DNA of 64,000 nucleotides from contig CAXXLV010000001.1 of assembly GCA_963664305.2 (NCBI GenBank), positions 32,001-96,000 on the forward strand. The letters run 5' to 3'. Below, piece by piece: positions 21,730-31,966 of this stretch. Numbering within the stretch: position 1 is the first letter of the stretch; each line of letters begins with the position of its first letter. The translations under genes were made by a program, and so were the position numbers. Source of the stretch: an uncultured Aliarcobacter sp. Its GTDB lineage: Bacteria; Campylobacterota; Campylobacteria; Campylobacterales; Arcobacteraceae. Under the pieces are notes generated by a model. It saw only the letters and a list, made by a program, of their open reading frames with translations, was not told the origin of the DNA and ran no database searches.

Positions 21730-23628
21730 ATGTCAAATTTTTATAAATATCTATTTATAATTTTATTTTTACCTATTTTAATATTTGCAGAAGATATTCA
21801 AACGCCAACTACTCCTATAAAACTTTTAACAAAAGAGACTCAACAACAAGCAACTTTAAAACCTATTGAGCAATCTAATAGCGAAGAAATCACACAAAAT
21901 ATTGAAGAACAAATTGATTCACAAAGTAAAATAGTTGATGAAATCATAAATAATATAAATAATGAATCATATTTAGCAACTTTACCTGATAAAAATTATT
22001 ATGATAATGAGATTAATTTTTTAACAAATAGAATAAATGCAAATAATCTTCAAGGAAATTCACTTGCAGTTAAAAGAGATGAAATAAAAGTTGAATTTTT
22101 AAAAGAAAAATCTACTTATGAAACAACTCTAAAAAATATCATTATTGGAAAACAAGAGTTTAGAAATAAAAAATATTTTGAAGATCTTTTAAATACAAAT
22201 ATTAAATTTATTCAAACTTTTAATTTAGATGAATATAAATCTTTATATGAAAGTGAATTAAAAAATGTAAATACAAATAAAGTTTCTTCTGATTTAGTTG
22301 ATAATTATATAGAACTTTACAATCAAAAACATACTCAACTTTTTGTTTTGCAATACTTATATTCAAATATACAAAAATTTAGAGCATCAAACTTTTTTAT
22401 TGATGAGTTTAATCTAAAATATTTAATGAATAAAATTGATAATATAAAAGGTATATCTTTTATCTCTTCATTAACTTCTTATCATTTAAATTTTTCAATT
22501 GGTGAATTAACTATTGCTTCATTGATAATTCTATTTTTTAGATTAATAAATAGATATTTAATAGTTTTAATCACAAATTTTTTATCAAGATTTTTTATTA
22601 AAAACAAAAATCAGAATTTAGAAGAAAATATTTTATATCATCTAAAAGATGCCATAAATTCACCTTTAATTTATAGTTTATATCTTTTCTCATTACAACT
22701 TTCAATGTTTATTTTAGTAAAAGACCAAACTTTCATAAACAACGTAATGCCTTGGATAAATACAATTTATATGGCTTTATTAACTTGGGCAATTTATGCG
22801 ATTTTAGACAATAGTATCTCTATATATGCACAAAATTTACTTGAAAAATATCAAAATGTAAGAAAAGAGATGATTGTTTTTATTTTAAAAATAATCAAAG
22901 TAGTGTTAATTTTGATAGTTGTTTTATTTTTATTTACTCAACTAGGAATTGATGTAAAAGCCATTGCAGCTTCTCTTGGAGTTGGGGGTATTGCTATCGC
23001 ACTTGCTGCAAAAGATACACTAGCAAACTTTTTTGCTTCATTAAATATTATGACTGATAACTCTTTTTCTCAAGGTGATTGGATTAGAACAGATGATTTT
23101 GAAGGAACTGTTGTTGATATTAGAATGAGAACAACAAGAATTAGAACATTTGATAATGCGATGATTACTGTTCCAAATTCACAAATCGCAAATGCTCATA
23201 TTATGAACTGGTCAAAAAGAAAAATTGGACGAAGAATAAAAATGAGTATTGGTATAACATATGAAAGTAAAATGGAAGATATTGTTAGATTAAAACATGA
23301 TATTCAAGATATGTTATTAAATCATCCAAAAATTGCATCTAATAAAACGATTAACATCTCAAAAACAAAAGCTTTTGAAGCTATAAAAAAAGAGGATTTA
23401 GAAGGTATAAAAAATACTTTATTAGTTTTTATTGATGAATATTCTAGTTCATCAATTGATATTTTAATTTATTGTTTTTCAAAAAGTCCAGTATGGGAAG
23501 AATGGTTAGAAACAAAAGAAGAAGTTATAGTTGAAATTGCAAAACTTGTAGAAAAGAATAACTGCGAATTTGCCTACCCTACTCAAACTCTTCATATAAA
23601 AAACGAAGAAAAAATAGAAGAAATTTAA
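21730..23628 (+). CDS. MscS-family mechanosensitive channel with a large N-terminal periplasmic domain
   Basis: GIAIALAAKDTLANFF, GDWI, EGTVVDIRMRTTRIRTFD, FAYPTQT. Confidence 0.92.
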   Translation: MSNFYKYLFIILFLPILIFAEDIQTPTTPIKLLTKETQQQATLKPIEQSNSEEITQNIEEQIDSQSKIVDEIINNINNESYLATLPDKNYYDNEINFLTNRINANNLQGNSLAVKRDEIKVEFLKEKSTYETTLKNIIIGKQEFRNKKYFEDLLNTNIKFIQTFNLDEYKSLYESELKNVNTNKVSSDLVDNYIELYNQKHTQLFVLQYLYSNIQKFRASNFFIDEFNLKYLMNKIDNIKGISFISSLTSYHLNFSIGELTIASLIILFFRLINRYLIVLITNFLSRFFIKNKNQNLEENILYHLKDAINSPLIYSLYLFSLQLSMFILVKDQTFINNVMPWINTIYMALLTWAIYAILDNSISIYAQNLLEKYQNVRKEMIVFILKIIKVVLILIVVLFLFTQLGIDVKAIAASLGVGGIAIALAAKDTLANFFASLNIMTDNSFSQGDWIRTDDFEGTVVDIRMRTTRIRTFDNAMITVPNSQIANAHIMNWSKRKIGRRIKMSIGITYESKMEDIVRLKHDIQDMLLNHPKIASNKTINISKTKAFEAIKKEDLEGIKNTLLVFIDEYSSSSIDILIYCFSKSPVWEEWLETKEEVIVEIAKLVEKNNCEFAYPTQTLHIKNEEKIEEI

Positions 23629-23632
23629 ACTT

Positions 23633-24019
23633 CTATTTTTCTACTAATAAATCAGCTTTTGAACGAATCTTTTTTTTATATAAAAACTCTTTTTCTCTAT
23701 CTGTAAACTTTTCTTCTTTGATTGGTTCTCTTACTTTTTCTTTTTTTACTTTTTTCTCTTCAATTTTTTCTTCATTTTTAAACATTGTTAAAAGTAGATA
23801 TATTGAAAAAACTAAATTAAAAATAATAATCACCCATTTTGAAATAAGTGCAATTTCTAAATATTGAAGTTTATCTTTTAGTTTTAAATACTCAACAACA
23901 TCACCATAAATTATATTTGCAAACAAAGCAATGATTAAAAGAAGTGCAACAAATGTGACTCTTTTTCTAAATTTGAATAAGTAATACCAAAAAACTGCGG
24001 ATTTTACTTGCTTGAACAT
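23633..24019 (-). CDS. Hypothetical membrane protein (2 TM, basic tail)
   Basis: ORF with RBS and two hydrophobic segments. Confidence 0.7.
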   Translation of the reverse strand: MFKQVKSAVFWYYLFKFRKRVTFVALLLIIALFANIIYGDVVEYLKLKDKLQYLEIALISKWVIIIFNLVFSIYLLLTMFKNEEKIEEKKVKKEKVREPIKEEKFTDREKEFLYKKKIRSKADLLVEK

Positions 24020-24028
24020 CTTTAATTC

Positions 24029-24343
24029 CTAGACAAAAAAGTTTAAACCAAGAGCAGCAAGTGCAACCACTAAAGATTTTGTTTTTAAATCATCAACTAT
24101 TTTTCTCTCTTCATCAGCAATTATTATTTCTAACTCTTCATCACTATAATCATCAAAAGTTTTATGATTTTCAACAAGTCTAGCTTTTGTTGCAAGAACA
24201 GCTTTTTCTCTAATTTTTGAATTTATTGCATCTTTTAATTGTTGGCTTTTTATTTTTGGATAATCAAATGCTTTTGTGGCATTTTCACTCGCTATATTTA
24301 ATAACTTATTAGAATTTTCTTTTAATTTATCTTTTATTCCCAT
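24029..24343 (-). CDS. Hypothetical protein with C-terminal hydrophobic anchor
   Basis: ORF with host-like codon usage, 9 bp from the downstream gene. Confidence 0.7.
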   Translation of the reverse strand: MGIKDKLKENSNKLLNIASENATKAFDYPKIKSQQLKDAINSKIREKAVLATKARLVENHKTFDDYSDEELEIIIADEERKIVDDLKTKSLVVALAALGLNFFV

Positions 24344-24489
24344 GTTTTTTCCAATTAAATTTATTTTATTCTAGCATTTAACAATTAACAAAATTTTAAA
24401 AAAGTGATTTTTTATAAAGATAAAGATATTAAATAATGGCTTTAAATAGCCATTATTTATAAAAAGTTTTCTAAATTTTAGAAAACAAC

Positions 24490-24603
24490 TTAAAGAATAT
24501 ACTCCCAACGTGGATAAGCTGCTGCTATTGCTTTCATTTCATCAAATTTAAATACTTTGATGATTTTGAATCTTCCACTTGTTAAAAATGCTTTTATTCT
24601 CAT
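24490..24603 (-). CDS. Unannotated 37-aa small protein MRIKAFLTSGRFKIIKVFKFDEMKAIAAAYPRWEYIL
   Basis: ATG with AGGA RBS, host-like codons, and a downstream hairpin AATAATGGCT..AGCCATTATT (about 24432-24457). Below the ORF-track cutoff. Confidence 0.65.
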   Translation of the reverse strand: MRIKAFLTSGRFKIIKVFKFDEMKAIAAAYPRWEYIL

Positions 24604-24733
24604 TTTTGAATCCTAGTATTTTCGTATGAAAATAATATTAAATTTTAAATAATAATATACTTAAATAATATATATTTTTATATATTTTTTTTAAATTTAT
24701 GATATACTTTTGCATATTATTTTTGGAAGTAAG

Positions 24734-24955
24734 ATGGATAAGGATAATTTCAAATTATTATTAAAAAAGGCAAACTTCAATAAACGCACATTTTCTGAGC
24801 ATTTGGGGTTAAAATATCAAAGTGTAAACTCGTGGGGAAACAATGGAAGGAACATTCCTTATTGGGTTGAGTCTTGGCTACATTTGTATATTGATAACAA
24901 CAAATGTAAACAAATAAAAGATATGTTAAAAGATAGTGGGATTTGTAATCAGTAA
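24734..24955 (+). CDS. Small Cro/XRE-like helix-turn-helix protein
   Basis: FSEHLGLKYQSVNSWG HTH-like segment followed by IPYWVESWL. ATG at 24734 preferred to TTG at 24710. Confidence 0.7.
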   Translation: MDKDNFKLLLKKANFNKRTFSEHLGLKYQSVNSWGNNGRNIPYWVESWLHLYIDNNKCKQIKDMLKDSGICNQ

Positions 24956-25062
24956 ATTATTTAATCTCTTAAAAAATAAGTTTTTTAAAGAGAAAGCCGT
25001 AACAAAGTCTTATTTAAGTATACTATACATTAAATACGCAAATTTTAAATAAGGGAAGATTA

Positions 25063-25362
25063 TTGGAAGCACAATATGAAAAAATCATTGTACTAATTAT
25101 TGTAATTACAGCTTCAGCAATGACATGGAAAATGGTAAAAGATTTTTATAGCACAAAATTTCATAAAATTTTTGCCCATTTAATAGCAGTAATCACTGGT
25201 TCGTTTATGCTGTTATCTTCAATGATTTTATTTGTACCTAAAAACTATCAAAGAGGCGCAGGCCCCGAAGTAGAACTAACTTTTGTAGGTGTTTTAACTG
25301 TAATTGTAATGTTAGCAGTTTTATATCTATTCTTCAAATATATACCAAATAACAAAAAATAA
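25063..25362 (+). CDS. Hypothetical 3-TM membrane protein
   Basis: Three hydrophobic segments; AGGGA RBS. Confidence 0.7.
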   Translation: MEAQYEKIIVLIIVITASAMTWKMVKDFYSTKFHKIFAHLIAVITGSFMLLSSMILFVPKNYQRGAGPEVELTFVGVLTVIVMLAVLYLFFKYIPNNKK

Positions 25363-25383
25363 ATTTTAATTGTAGGAATTACT

Positions 25384-26618
25384 ATGCAAGCATTTTTAGA
25401 AGAGGCTAAAAAATCTAGCCGAACTATTGCAAATCTAAGTACTGCTGTAAAAAATAAAGTTTTAAACGAAATGGCAGATGCTTTAATGAATCATTGTGAT
25501 TTTATAATATCACATAATGAAAAAGATATGAGTGAAGCAAGATTAAATAATTTAGGAGAAGCTTTACTTGATAGATTACTTTTAACAGGTGATAGAGTAA
25601 AAGATATGGCTGATGCAATTAGACAAATTGCATCTCAAACAGAACCTGTTGGAAGAATTTTAGATGGTTGGGTTACAAAAGATGGATTAAATATTCAAAA
25701 AGTATCTATTCCAATTGGAGTAATTGGAATCATTTATGAAAGTAGACCAAATGTAACAAGTGATACAGCAGCTCTTTGTTTTAAAAGTGGAAATGTATGT
25801 GTTTTAAAAGGTGGGAAAGAAGCCGAACACTCAAATAAAGCAATTGCTATGGTTTTAAGAGAAGTATTAACAAAAAACAAACTTCCAGAACAAGCTATTT
25901 CACTACTTCCTGATTCAAGTAGAGAAGGTGTTGCAAAACTTATAAAACAAGATAAATTTGTTGATTTAATTGTACCACGAGGTGGAGAAGCATTAATAAG
26001 ATTTGTAAGTGAAAACTCATCTATACCAGTTATTAAACATGATAAAGGAATTTGTCATATTTATATCGATAAAGATGCAGCTGCTGCAAAAATCATTGAT
26101 ATAGTAACTAATGCAAAATGCCAAAGACCAAGTGCTTGTAACTCTATAGAAACTCTGTTAATTCACGAAGATATAGCTCCATACATAATAAATGGATTAG
26201 AAGATGCATTTTCAGAAAGAGGAACTATTTTAAAAGGTTGTGCAGAAACTTTAAAATACATCAAAGTAATTCCAGCAACTTTAGAAGATTTTGATACAGA
26301 ATATTTAGCAAATATTTTAAATATTAAAATTGTAAAAAATATGGATGAAGCAATTACACATATTCAAAGACATGGTTCAGGACACTCTGAATCAATTTTA
26401 AGTGAAAACTATACAACAGTAAATAGATTTTAAATGAAGTTGATGCTGCTTGTGTTTATGCAAATGCAAGTACAAGATTTACTGATGGTGGAGCATTTGG
26501 ACTTGGAGCTGAAGTTGGTATTTCAACAAACAAACTTCATTCAAGAGGACCAATGGGAATAAATGATTTAACAACATTTAAATATAAAGTTTACGGTTCA
26601 GGTCAAATTAGAAATTAG
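25384..26618 (+). pseudogene. proA: Gamma-glutamyl phosphate reductase, frameshifted near 26428-26431 (real lesion or sequencing error)
   Basis: IYESRPNVT, PRGG, CNSIET and HGSGHSE in frame 1, which stops at 26433. The conserved C-terminus ([32 protein letters not shown]...GQIRN*) continues in the -1 frame to TAG at 26618. Confidence 0.9.
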
Positions 26619-26625
26619 GAAAAAA

Positions 26626-28509
26626 ATGAAAAAAATATTTTTAACACTATGTAGTGTTTTTGTTGCTCTATTCTTTTGGTACTTTTTAGGAGCAAAAGCT
26701 ATATTAAAAGATGATTCAAACTCTTTTTCAAAACTTCAATGTGTTTCGTATGCACCATTTGCAAAAGATGAATCACCTTTCTTATTTGATAAAGGTTTAG
26801 TAATTTCAGAAGAACAAGTAAGAAATGATTTGAAACTTCTTTCTAAATACACAACTTGTATTAGAACTTATTCAACAGTTGGTTTAGAACTTGTTCCAAA
26901 AATTGCACGTGAATTTAATCTTCAAATGCTAATGGGTGCATGGGTTAGTTCAGATGAAAAACAAACAAAAGATGAAATATCAACTCTAATTAAATTAGTA
27001 AATGAAAATCCTGAAATTGTAAAAGCTGTGATTGTTGGAAATGAAGTTTTATTAAGAGGAGATATCTCTGATAAAAAACTTTATGAATATATTCAAGAGG
27101 TAAAAACTGCTCTTCCAAATGTAAAAGTAACTTATGCAGATGTTTGGGAATTTTGGTTAAAACACCCAAGTATCAAAGAAGTAACTGATTTTGTAACTAT
27201 TCATATTTTACCTTATTGGGAAGATGACCCAATGAATATAGATGAATCAATCAAACATTTAGCTGATGTTAGACATGAAGTTGAACAAATTTTAGGAACT
27301 TCAAATATTTTAATTGGTGAGACAGGTTGGCCAAGTGAAGGAAGAATGAGAGAAGATGCCTTACCAAGTAAAATCAACCAAGCAAAGTTTGTAAGAGATT
27401 TTGTCTCTTTAGCTCAAGAGAAAAACTGGAATTATAATATCATTGAAGCATTTGATCAACCATGGAAAAGAGTTAGTGAAGGTGCTGTTGGTGGTTTCTG
27501 GGGATTATTTGATAAAGATAGAGAAGATAAAAATGTATTTAGTGGAGATGTTTCAAATTTCCCAAATTATAAATATTTAGCATTAGGTTCATTAGTTTTA
27601 ATCCTTATTTTTTCTTTATTACTTAAAGATAAAAATATTTCAACTAAAAAAATCTTCCTATTTACTTTTGTAAATACTTCTTTTGCAATACTTTATATGT
27701 TGCAAGTTGAACAATATAATATTATTGCTAGAAACTATTTAGAGTTTTTATGGGCATTCTTTGTATTATTAACACAAATTTTTGTTTATTATTTTATGCT
27801 TTCATACATAATAAAAGAAAAAAGAACAGATGTTATTCCAAGTCTATTTTTCTATTTAGCTTCATTTATTGCTTTCATTTTAACTATGAATTTAGCTTTC
27901 AATGGAAGATATGAAAATTTTGAAATTTATGGATTTATCATTTTAGCTATTTCGTTTATTTGGTTATATAAAAATCAATATTCAAAATTAAATTTTGGTA
28001 AATTTGAAAAAGTATTAGCGGTAGTTTTAGTTATTGGTTCGATTATTACAATATACAATGAAACTTTTTTAAATATTTTCTCTAATATTTGGGTTATTTT
28101 AGCATTAGTATTTGCTTATATTTTAAATAAAGGTACAAGTAAAAATATCTCTTTATGTGATTTAAAAGAGTTAGGAATTTATACATTAGTATTTGCAGCA
28201 ATATTCCTTGCATTTAAATACGGATTTGTATCAAATAAAGCTCTAGCAATTGAGTGTAATCTAAACTCTGCATCTTTATCTTGTGAGATAAAAGATTTTA
28301 TGGGAGCAGCTGTTTATTTTGGTTATATTGGATTTGTTACTATTTTAGTAGCTGTGATTGCATTTATAACAAATAAAAAGTCATACTCTTTAATTGCCCT
28401 ATTCTTTAGTGTTGGTTCACTAATTCTTACAAATACGTTCTTAGGTTCGATTTCATTTTTAATAGCTGTTTATCTTCTTACTAAAGATAAAACAAAAAGT
28501 TTAAATTAG
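26626..28509 (+). CDS. GH17 beta-1,3-glucanase/glucanosyltransferase with multi-TM C-terminal domain (NdvC-like)
   Basis: CIRTYST, VGNEVLLRGD (acid/base), IGETGWPSEG (nucleophile), IEAFDQPWK, WGLFD; about 10 TM segments at the C-terminus. Confidence 0.85.
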   Translation: MKKIFLTLCSVFVALFFWYFLGAKAILKDDSNSFSKLQCVSYAPFAKDESPFLFDKGLVISEEQVRNDLKLLSKYTTCIRTYSTVGLELVPKIAREFNLQMLMGAWVSSDEKQTKDEISTLIKLVNENPEIVKAVIVGNEVLLRGDISDKKLYEYIQEVKTALPNVKVTYADVWEFWLKHPSIKEVTDFVTIHILPYWEDDPMNIDESIKHLADVRHEVEQILGTSNILIGETGWPSEGRMREDALPSKINQAKFVRDFVSLAQEKNWNYNIIEAFDQPWKRVSEGAVGGFWGLFDKDREDKNVFSGDVSNFPNYKYLALGSLVLILIFSLLLKDKNISTKKIFLFTFVNTSFAILYMLQVEQYNIIARNYLEFLWAFFVLLTQIFVYYFMLSYIIKEKRTDVIPSLFFYLASFIAFILTMNLAFNGRYENFEIYGFIILAISFIWLYKNQYSKLNFGKFEKVLAVVLVIGSIITIYNETFLNIFSNIWVILALVFAYILNKGTSKNISLCDLKELGIYTLVFAAIFLAFKYGFVSNKALAIECNLNSASLSCEIKDFMGAAVYFGYIGFVTILVAVIAFITNKKSYSLIALFFSVGSLILTNTFLGSISFLIAVYLLTKDKTKSLN

Positions 28510-28519
28510 ATTTTTTTAG

Positions 28520-28545
28520 AAGATTGTGCGAAATGCACAATCTTT
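28520..28545. terminator. Bidirectional terminator between convergent genes
   Basis: AAGATTGTGC-gaaat-GCACAATCTT. Confidence 0.7.
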
Positions 28546-29206
28546 ATTTTTTATTTGATGGAGAGATGTTTGGTGCATCTTCTTCATTATCTTCACTACC
28601 AATTATCTCTTCAATTGGTTTTACAGGGAAAGATGGAAGTTTAAATTTATCATCTTTAATATCTACATTAAAAACAGCAAATTTTGCTTGTTGAATTTGA
28701 ACCATACCTAAAGATTGACTAACTTGTTTTAATGGTACAGTTTTATAAACCCAAATTTTATCTTCACCTAATTGCCAAACATCACATTTGTATCCTAATA
28801 TCTCTTCAGTTCCTAGATTTTTAGCACCCATTTGAACAAAAGAATCATAAGTTTTAATATTTTGAATTGGATTTTCTTCATCTAAAACTAACTTTTGAGA
28901 ATAGATAACCTCATCATTAAAATCAACAGTAAGTAGCTTTTCATTAACAATTTTAGAGATAGTTCTTTCTTCTTCTTTTTCTCCCATTATTGTTTGAATA
29001 ATTCTTTCATCTGTTAATTCTAAATTACCAAAATCTTTAAAATACAATTTACTAGTTCCACTTATAGTATCACCTTTTGCTCCACCTTCAGTATTACCAA
29101 TAATTTCATATTCAACAATTCCTGATTTGATGTCATATCTGTTTCCTGCAAACAAATCAACTAAACCTACTAACAAAAATATAAGTATATATTTTAATTT
29201 TCCCAC
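28544..29206 (-). CDS. Exported hypothetical protein (DUF4412-like beta-rich fold)
   Basis: Signal peptide; GTEEILGYKCDVW motif; FKLP near the C-terminus. Confidence 0.6.
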   Translation of the reverse strand: MGKLKYILIFLLVGLVDLFAGNRYDIKSGIVEYEIIGNTEGGAKGDTISGTSKLYFKDFGNLELTDERIIQTIMGEKEEERTISKIVNEKLLTVDFNDEVIYSQKLVLDEENPIQNIKTYDSFVQMGAKNLGTEEILGYKCDVWQLGEDKIWVYKTVPLKQVSQSLGMVQIQQAKFAVFNVDIKDDKFKLPSFPVKPIEEIIGSEDNEEDAPNISPSNKK

Positions 29207-29278
29207 ACTTTTTTCCTCTTATAAATTGGCGAAATTATACTGCTAATAAAAAAAATATGCAATATATTTTTTAGATAC

Positions 29279-29308
29279 CACCAAATAAACACCATATTTT
29301 TTTAAGAT
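29279..29308 (+). promoter_or_regulatory. Direct-repeat regulator site plus -10 upstream of ccoG
   Basis: CACCA twice with an 11-bp period (29279, 29290), then TAAGAT at 29303. Confidence 0.45.
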
Positions 29309-29331
29309 AAAAAAAACAAAAGGAGCTTTAT

Positions 29332-30648
29332 ATGTCTTATTCTAAAAAAAGATATTTAGTATACTCTATTAGCACAATTTTAATAATGCTAATACCATTT
29401 ATAACAATAAATGACAATCATTTATTATTGTTATCTTTTGACAAATTACAATTTCATTTTTTAGGAATTGTATTTAATGTTAGTGAACTTTATGTAATGC
29501 CATTTTTACTTATGTTCCTATTTATAGGTATTTTTGCTATGACTTCTATGTTAGGAAGAATTTGGTGTGGGTGGGCATGTCCGCAAACTATTTTTAGAGT
29601 TATCTATAGAGATTTAATAGAAAGTACTATCTTAGATTTAAGAAGAATTAAAAACAAACAAAAAGAGATAGACTACAATAAAAAATCAAATCAAATTAAA
29701 AAATATATATCTTTAATTTTATGGGGAATTATTACTTTGATAATCTCTTCAAACTTTATGTTATATTTTGTTCCACCTGAAGATTTTTTTGCTTATATAC
29801 AAGACCCTTTAAATCATAGTTTTATGATTTTATTTATTATAAGTGTTGCCCTATTTTTAATCTATGATATTGTTTTTATGAAAGAAAACTTCTGTGTTTA
29901 TGTTTGTCCATATTCAAGAATTCAATCAGTTTTATATGATAACAATACAAAACAAGTAACTTACGATTTTAATCGTGGTGGAAAAGTTTATGAAAATGGT
30001 GAAAAATCTATTTTTAAAGTAAAACAATGGAGTAATAATGAACAATGCACAACTTGTGAAGCTTGTGTAAAAGTTTGTCCAACTCATATTGATATTAGAA
30101 AAGGTTTACAAGTTGAATGTATAAACTGTCTTGAATGTAGTGATGCATGTGCAACTGTTATGCAAAAATTTGGAAAAGAATCTCTAATAAATTGGGGAAG
30201 TACAAATAAAGTAATAAATAAACAAAACATCTCTATTTGGACAAAAAGAAATATTACATATTTTGCTTCTTTATTTTTATGTATATTTTTAGCATTTTAT
30301 TTCTCACTGGAAAAAGAAGATTTTTTAGTAAATGTAAATAAAACAACAGAACTTTACAAAAAAAATGAAGATGGAACAGTTTCAAATAACTATATTTTAA
30401 CTTTCCATAACACACAAGATAAAGCTTTGACTTTTGATGTAAAACTAAAAGATGATAAAAACTTTAAAATAAAAAGATTTGAAAAGTTCCCATTAGAAGC
30501 TGGAACTAAATCTAAAAAAATATTAATTATTGAAACGACTAAAGATTTTGATAAAAACATAAATAAAACATCAAATGTTTATATAGAAATATTTTCACAA
30601 GATAGTGAATTTAAAATTGTAAAAAAACTAGCTTTTATTCATCCATAA
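29332..30648 (+). CDS. ccoG: Cytochrome c oxidase accessory ferredoxin-like membrane protein (CcoG/FixG/RdxA)
   Basis: GRIWCGWACPQT, FCVYVCPYSRIQ, CTTCEACVKVCP and ECINCLECSDAC. Confidence 0.92.
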   Translation: MSYSKKRYLVYSISTILIMLIPFITINDNHLLLLSFDKLQFHFLGIVFNVSELYVMPFLLMFLFIGIFAMTSMLGRIWCGWACPQTIFRVIYRDLIESTILDLRRIKNKQKEIDYNKKSNQIKKYISLILWGIITLIISSNFMLYFVPPEDFFAYIQDPLNHSFMILFIISVALFLIYDIVFMKENFCVYVCPYSRIQSVLYDNNTKQVTYDFNRGGKVYENGEKSIFKVKQWSNNEQCTTCEACVKVCPTHIDIRKGLQVECINCLECSDACATVMQKFGKESLINWGSTNKVINKQNISIWTKRNITYFASLFLCIFLAFYFSLEKEDFLVNVNKTTELYKKNEDGTVSNNYILTFHNTQDKALTFDVKLKDDKNFKIKRFEKFPLEAGTKSKKILIIETTKDFDKNINKTSNVYIEIFSQDSEFKIVKKLAFIHP

Positions 30649-30649
30649 T

Positions 30650-31966
30650 CTAAATAGCTTTTTCAAAAAAGAGGGAAAAACAAGCTCCCTCTTTTTTATT
30701 TTCAACTAAAATTTTTCCAGAAAAACTCTCTTCTATAATCATTTTTACTAAATAAAGTCCAAGTCCAGTTCCTAGTTCTTTTGTCGTAAAATATGGTTCA
30801 AAAATCTTTTTTATATTTTTTGCTTTTATTCCACCACCATTATCTAAAACTCTTATTTTAACCTCAGCAGAATCACAAAAGATATCTATTTTTATTTTTG
30901 GATTTTTTTTATTTTTTAAAACATCTATTGAGTTTGAAACTAAAGAAAAAACAACTTGTGAAAGTTCATTTTTAACTCCAAAAATCTGAATATCCTCAAA
31001 AGTTTCAAAATTCACTTCTAACTCTATATTATTACTTTTTAAATCTGCACTTAATATAGTTATTGCATTATTTATAGCTTCTTTTACACTAAATAAAATT
31101 TTTTCTTTTGATTCAACATAAAACTCTTTAAAATCATCAATTGTTTTTGATAAAAAAACTACTTGTTCATTTGCTTGATTTATTTTTTTATCAAAATAGA
31201 TTTCATCTAAATTTTTACTTTCAAATCGCTTTTTTAAATTTATTAAAATATATGAAATATTGTTTAATGGTTGTCTAAATTGATGGGTAATATTTGCTAT
31301 CATTTCTCCAGATTTTACAAATTTTGATTGCTGTAAAACCATCTTCTCAAAGTTCTTATTTTGTATTTTCAAATCATTATATTTATATGCAATTGAAATC
31401 GTAAAAAGCATAGCTTCAATTGCAAAAACCACTAAAACTAAATCAAAATATCCCATTTGATTATAAAAATTTTTAAAATCAAAAAAGAAAAGTAAAATAC
31501 AAAAAATTGACCAACCAATAACATATATCAATGTTGGTTTAAAACCTTGTTTTAAATTAAAAATAATAGATATAAATAAAATGGCATAAATAATTGTATA
31601 AGGTAAATATTCAAATAAAATATAGTGATAAAAAGCCGTTAAAATTACTACATTTAATAAAAAAGTATTAAATACAAGCTCTTTAAAATTTGTGATTTTT
31701 GGTAAAAAATTTCCTTCATAATAATTTATTGCAAATATAACAGCGAATATAGAAGCTATAACTAAAGAAAACTCTTGGACAAGAATATTTATTTCAAAAA
31801 GTTTACTATATGAGATTATAAAAATCAAAGAAAATATCTGCATAAAACAATAACTAATATAAAATATCTCTTTTGAATATAAATATCTAACAAATGTATA
31901 TACAATTGTCATAATTAATATTCCAAAAGTTATTCCATAAAATAGAACTATATTTATATCAAACAT
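30650..31966 (-). CDS. Multi-TM (7TM-DISM-like) sensor histidine kinase
   Basis: Hydrophobic N-terminal half; ITHQFRQPL, DNGGG, FEPYFTTK, GTGLGL. ATG at 31966 overlaps the response-regulator stop. Confidence 0.9.
   Translation of the reverse strand: MFDINIVLFYGITFGILIMTIVYTFVRYLYSKEIFYISYCFMQIFSLIFIISYSKLFEINILVQEFSLVIASIFAVIFAINYYEGNFLPKITNFKELVFNTFLLNVVILTAFYHYILFEYLPYTIIYAILFISIIFNLKQGFKPTLIYVIGWSIFCILLFFFDFKNFYNQMGYFDLVLVVFAIEAMLFTISIAYKYNDLKIQNKNFEKMVLQQSKFVKSGEMIANITHQFRQPLNNISYILINLKKRFESKNLDEIYFDKKINQANEQVVFLSKTIDDFKEFYVESKEKILFSVKEAINNAITILSADLKSNNIELEVNFETFEDIQIFGVKNELSQVVFSLVSNSIDVLKNKKNPKIKIDIFCDSAEVKIRVLDNGGGIKAKNIKKIFEPYFTTKELGTGLGLYLVKMIIEESFSGKILVENKKEGACFSLFFEKAI

Noticed and set aside
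26422..26436. Programmed ribosomal frameshift in proA
   Set aside because: No slippery heptamer or evident stimulatory structure, and no precedent known to me. A 1-nt homopolymer deletion is simpler.
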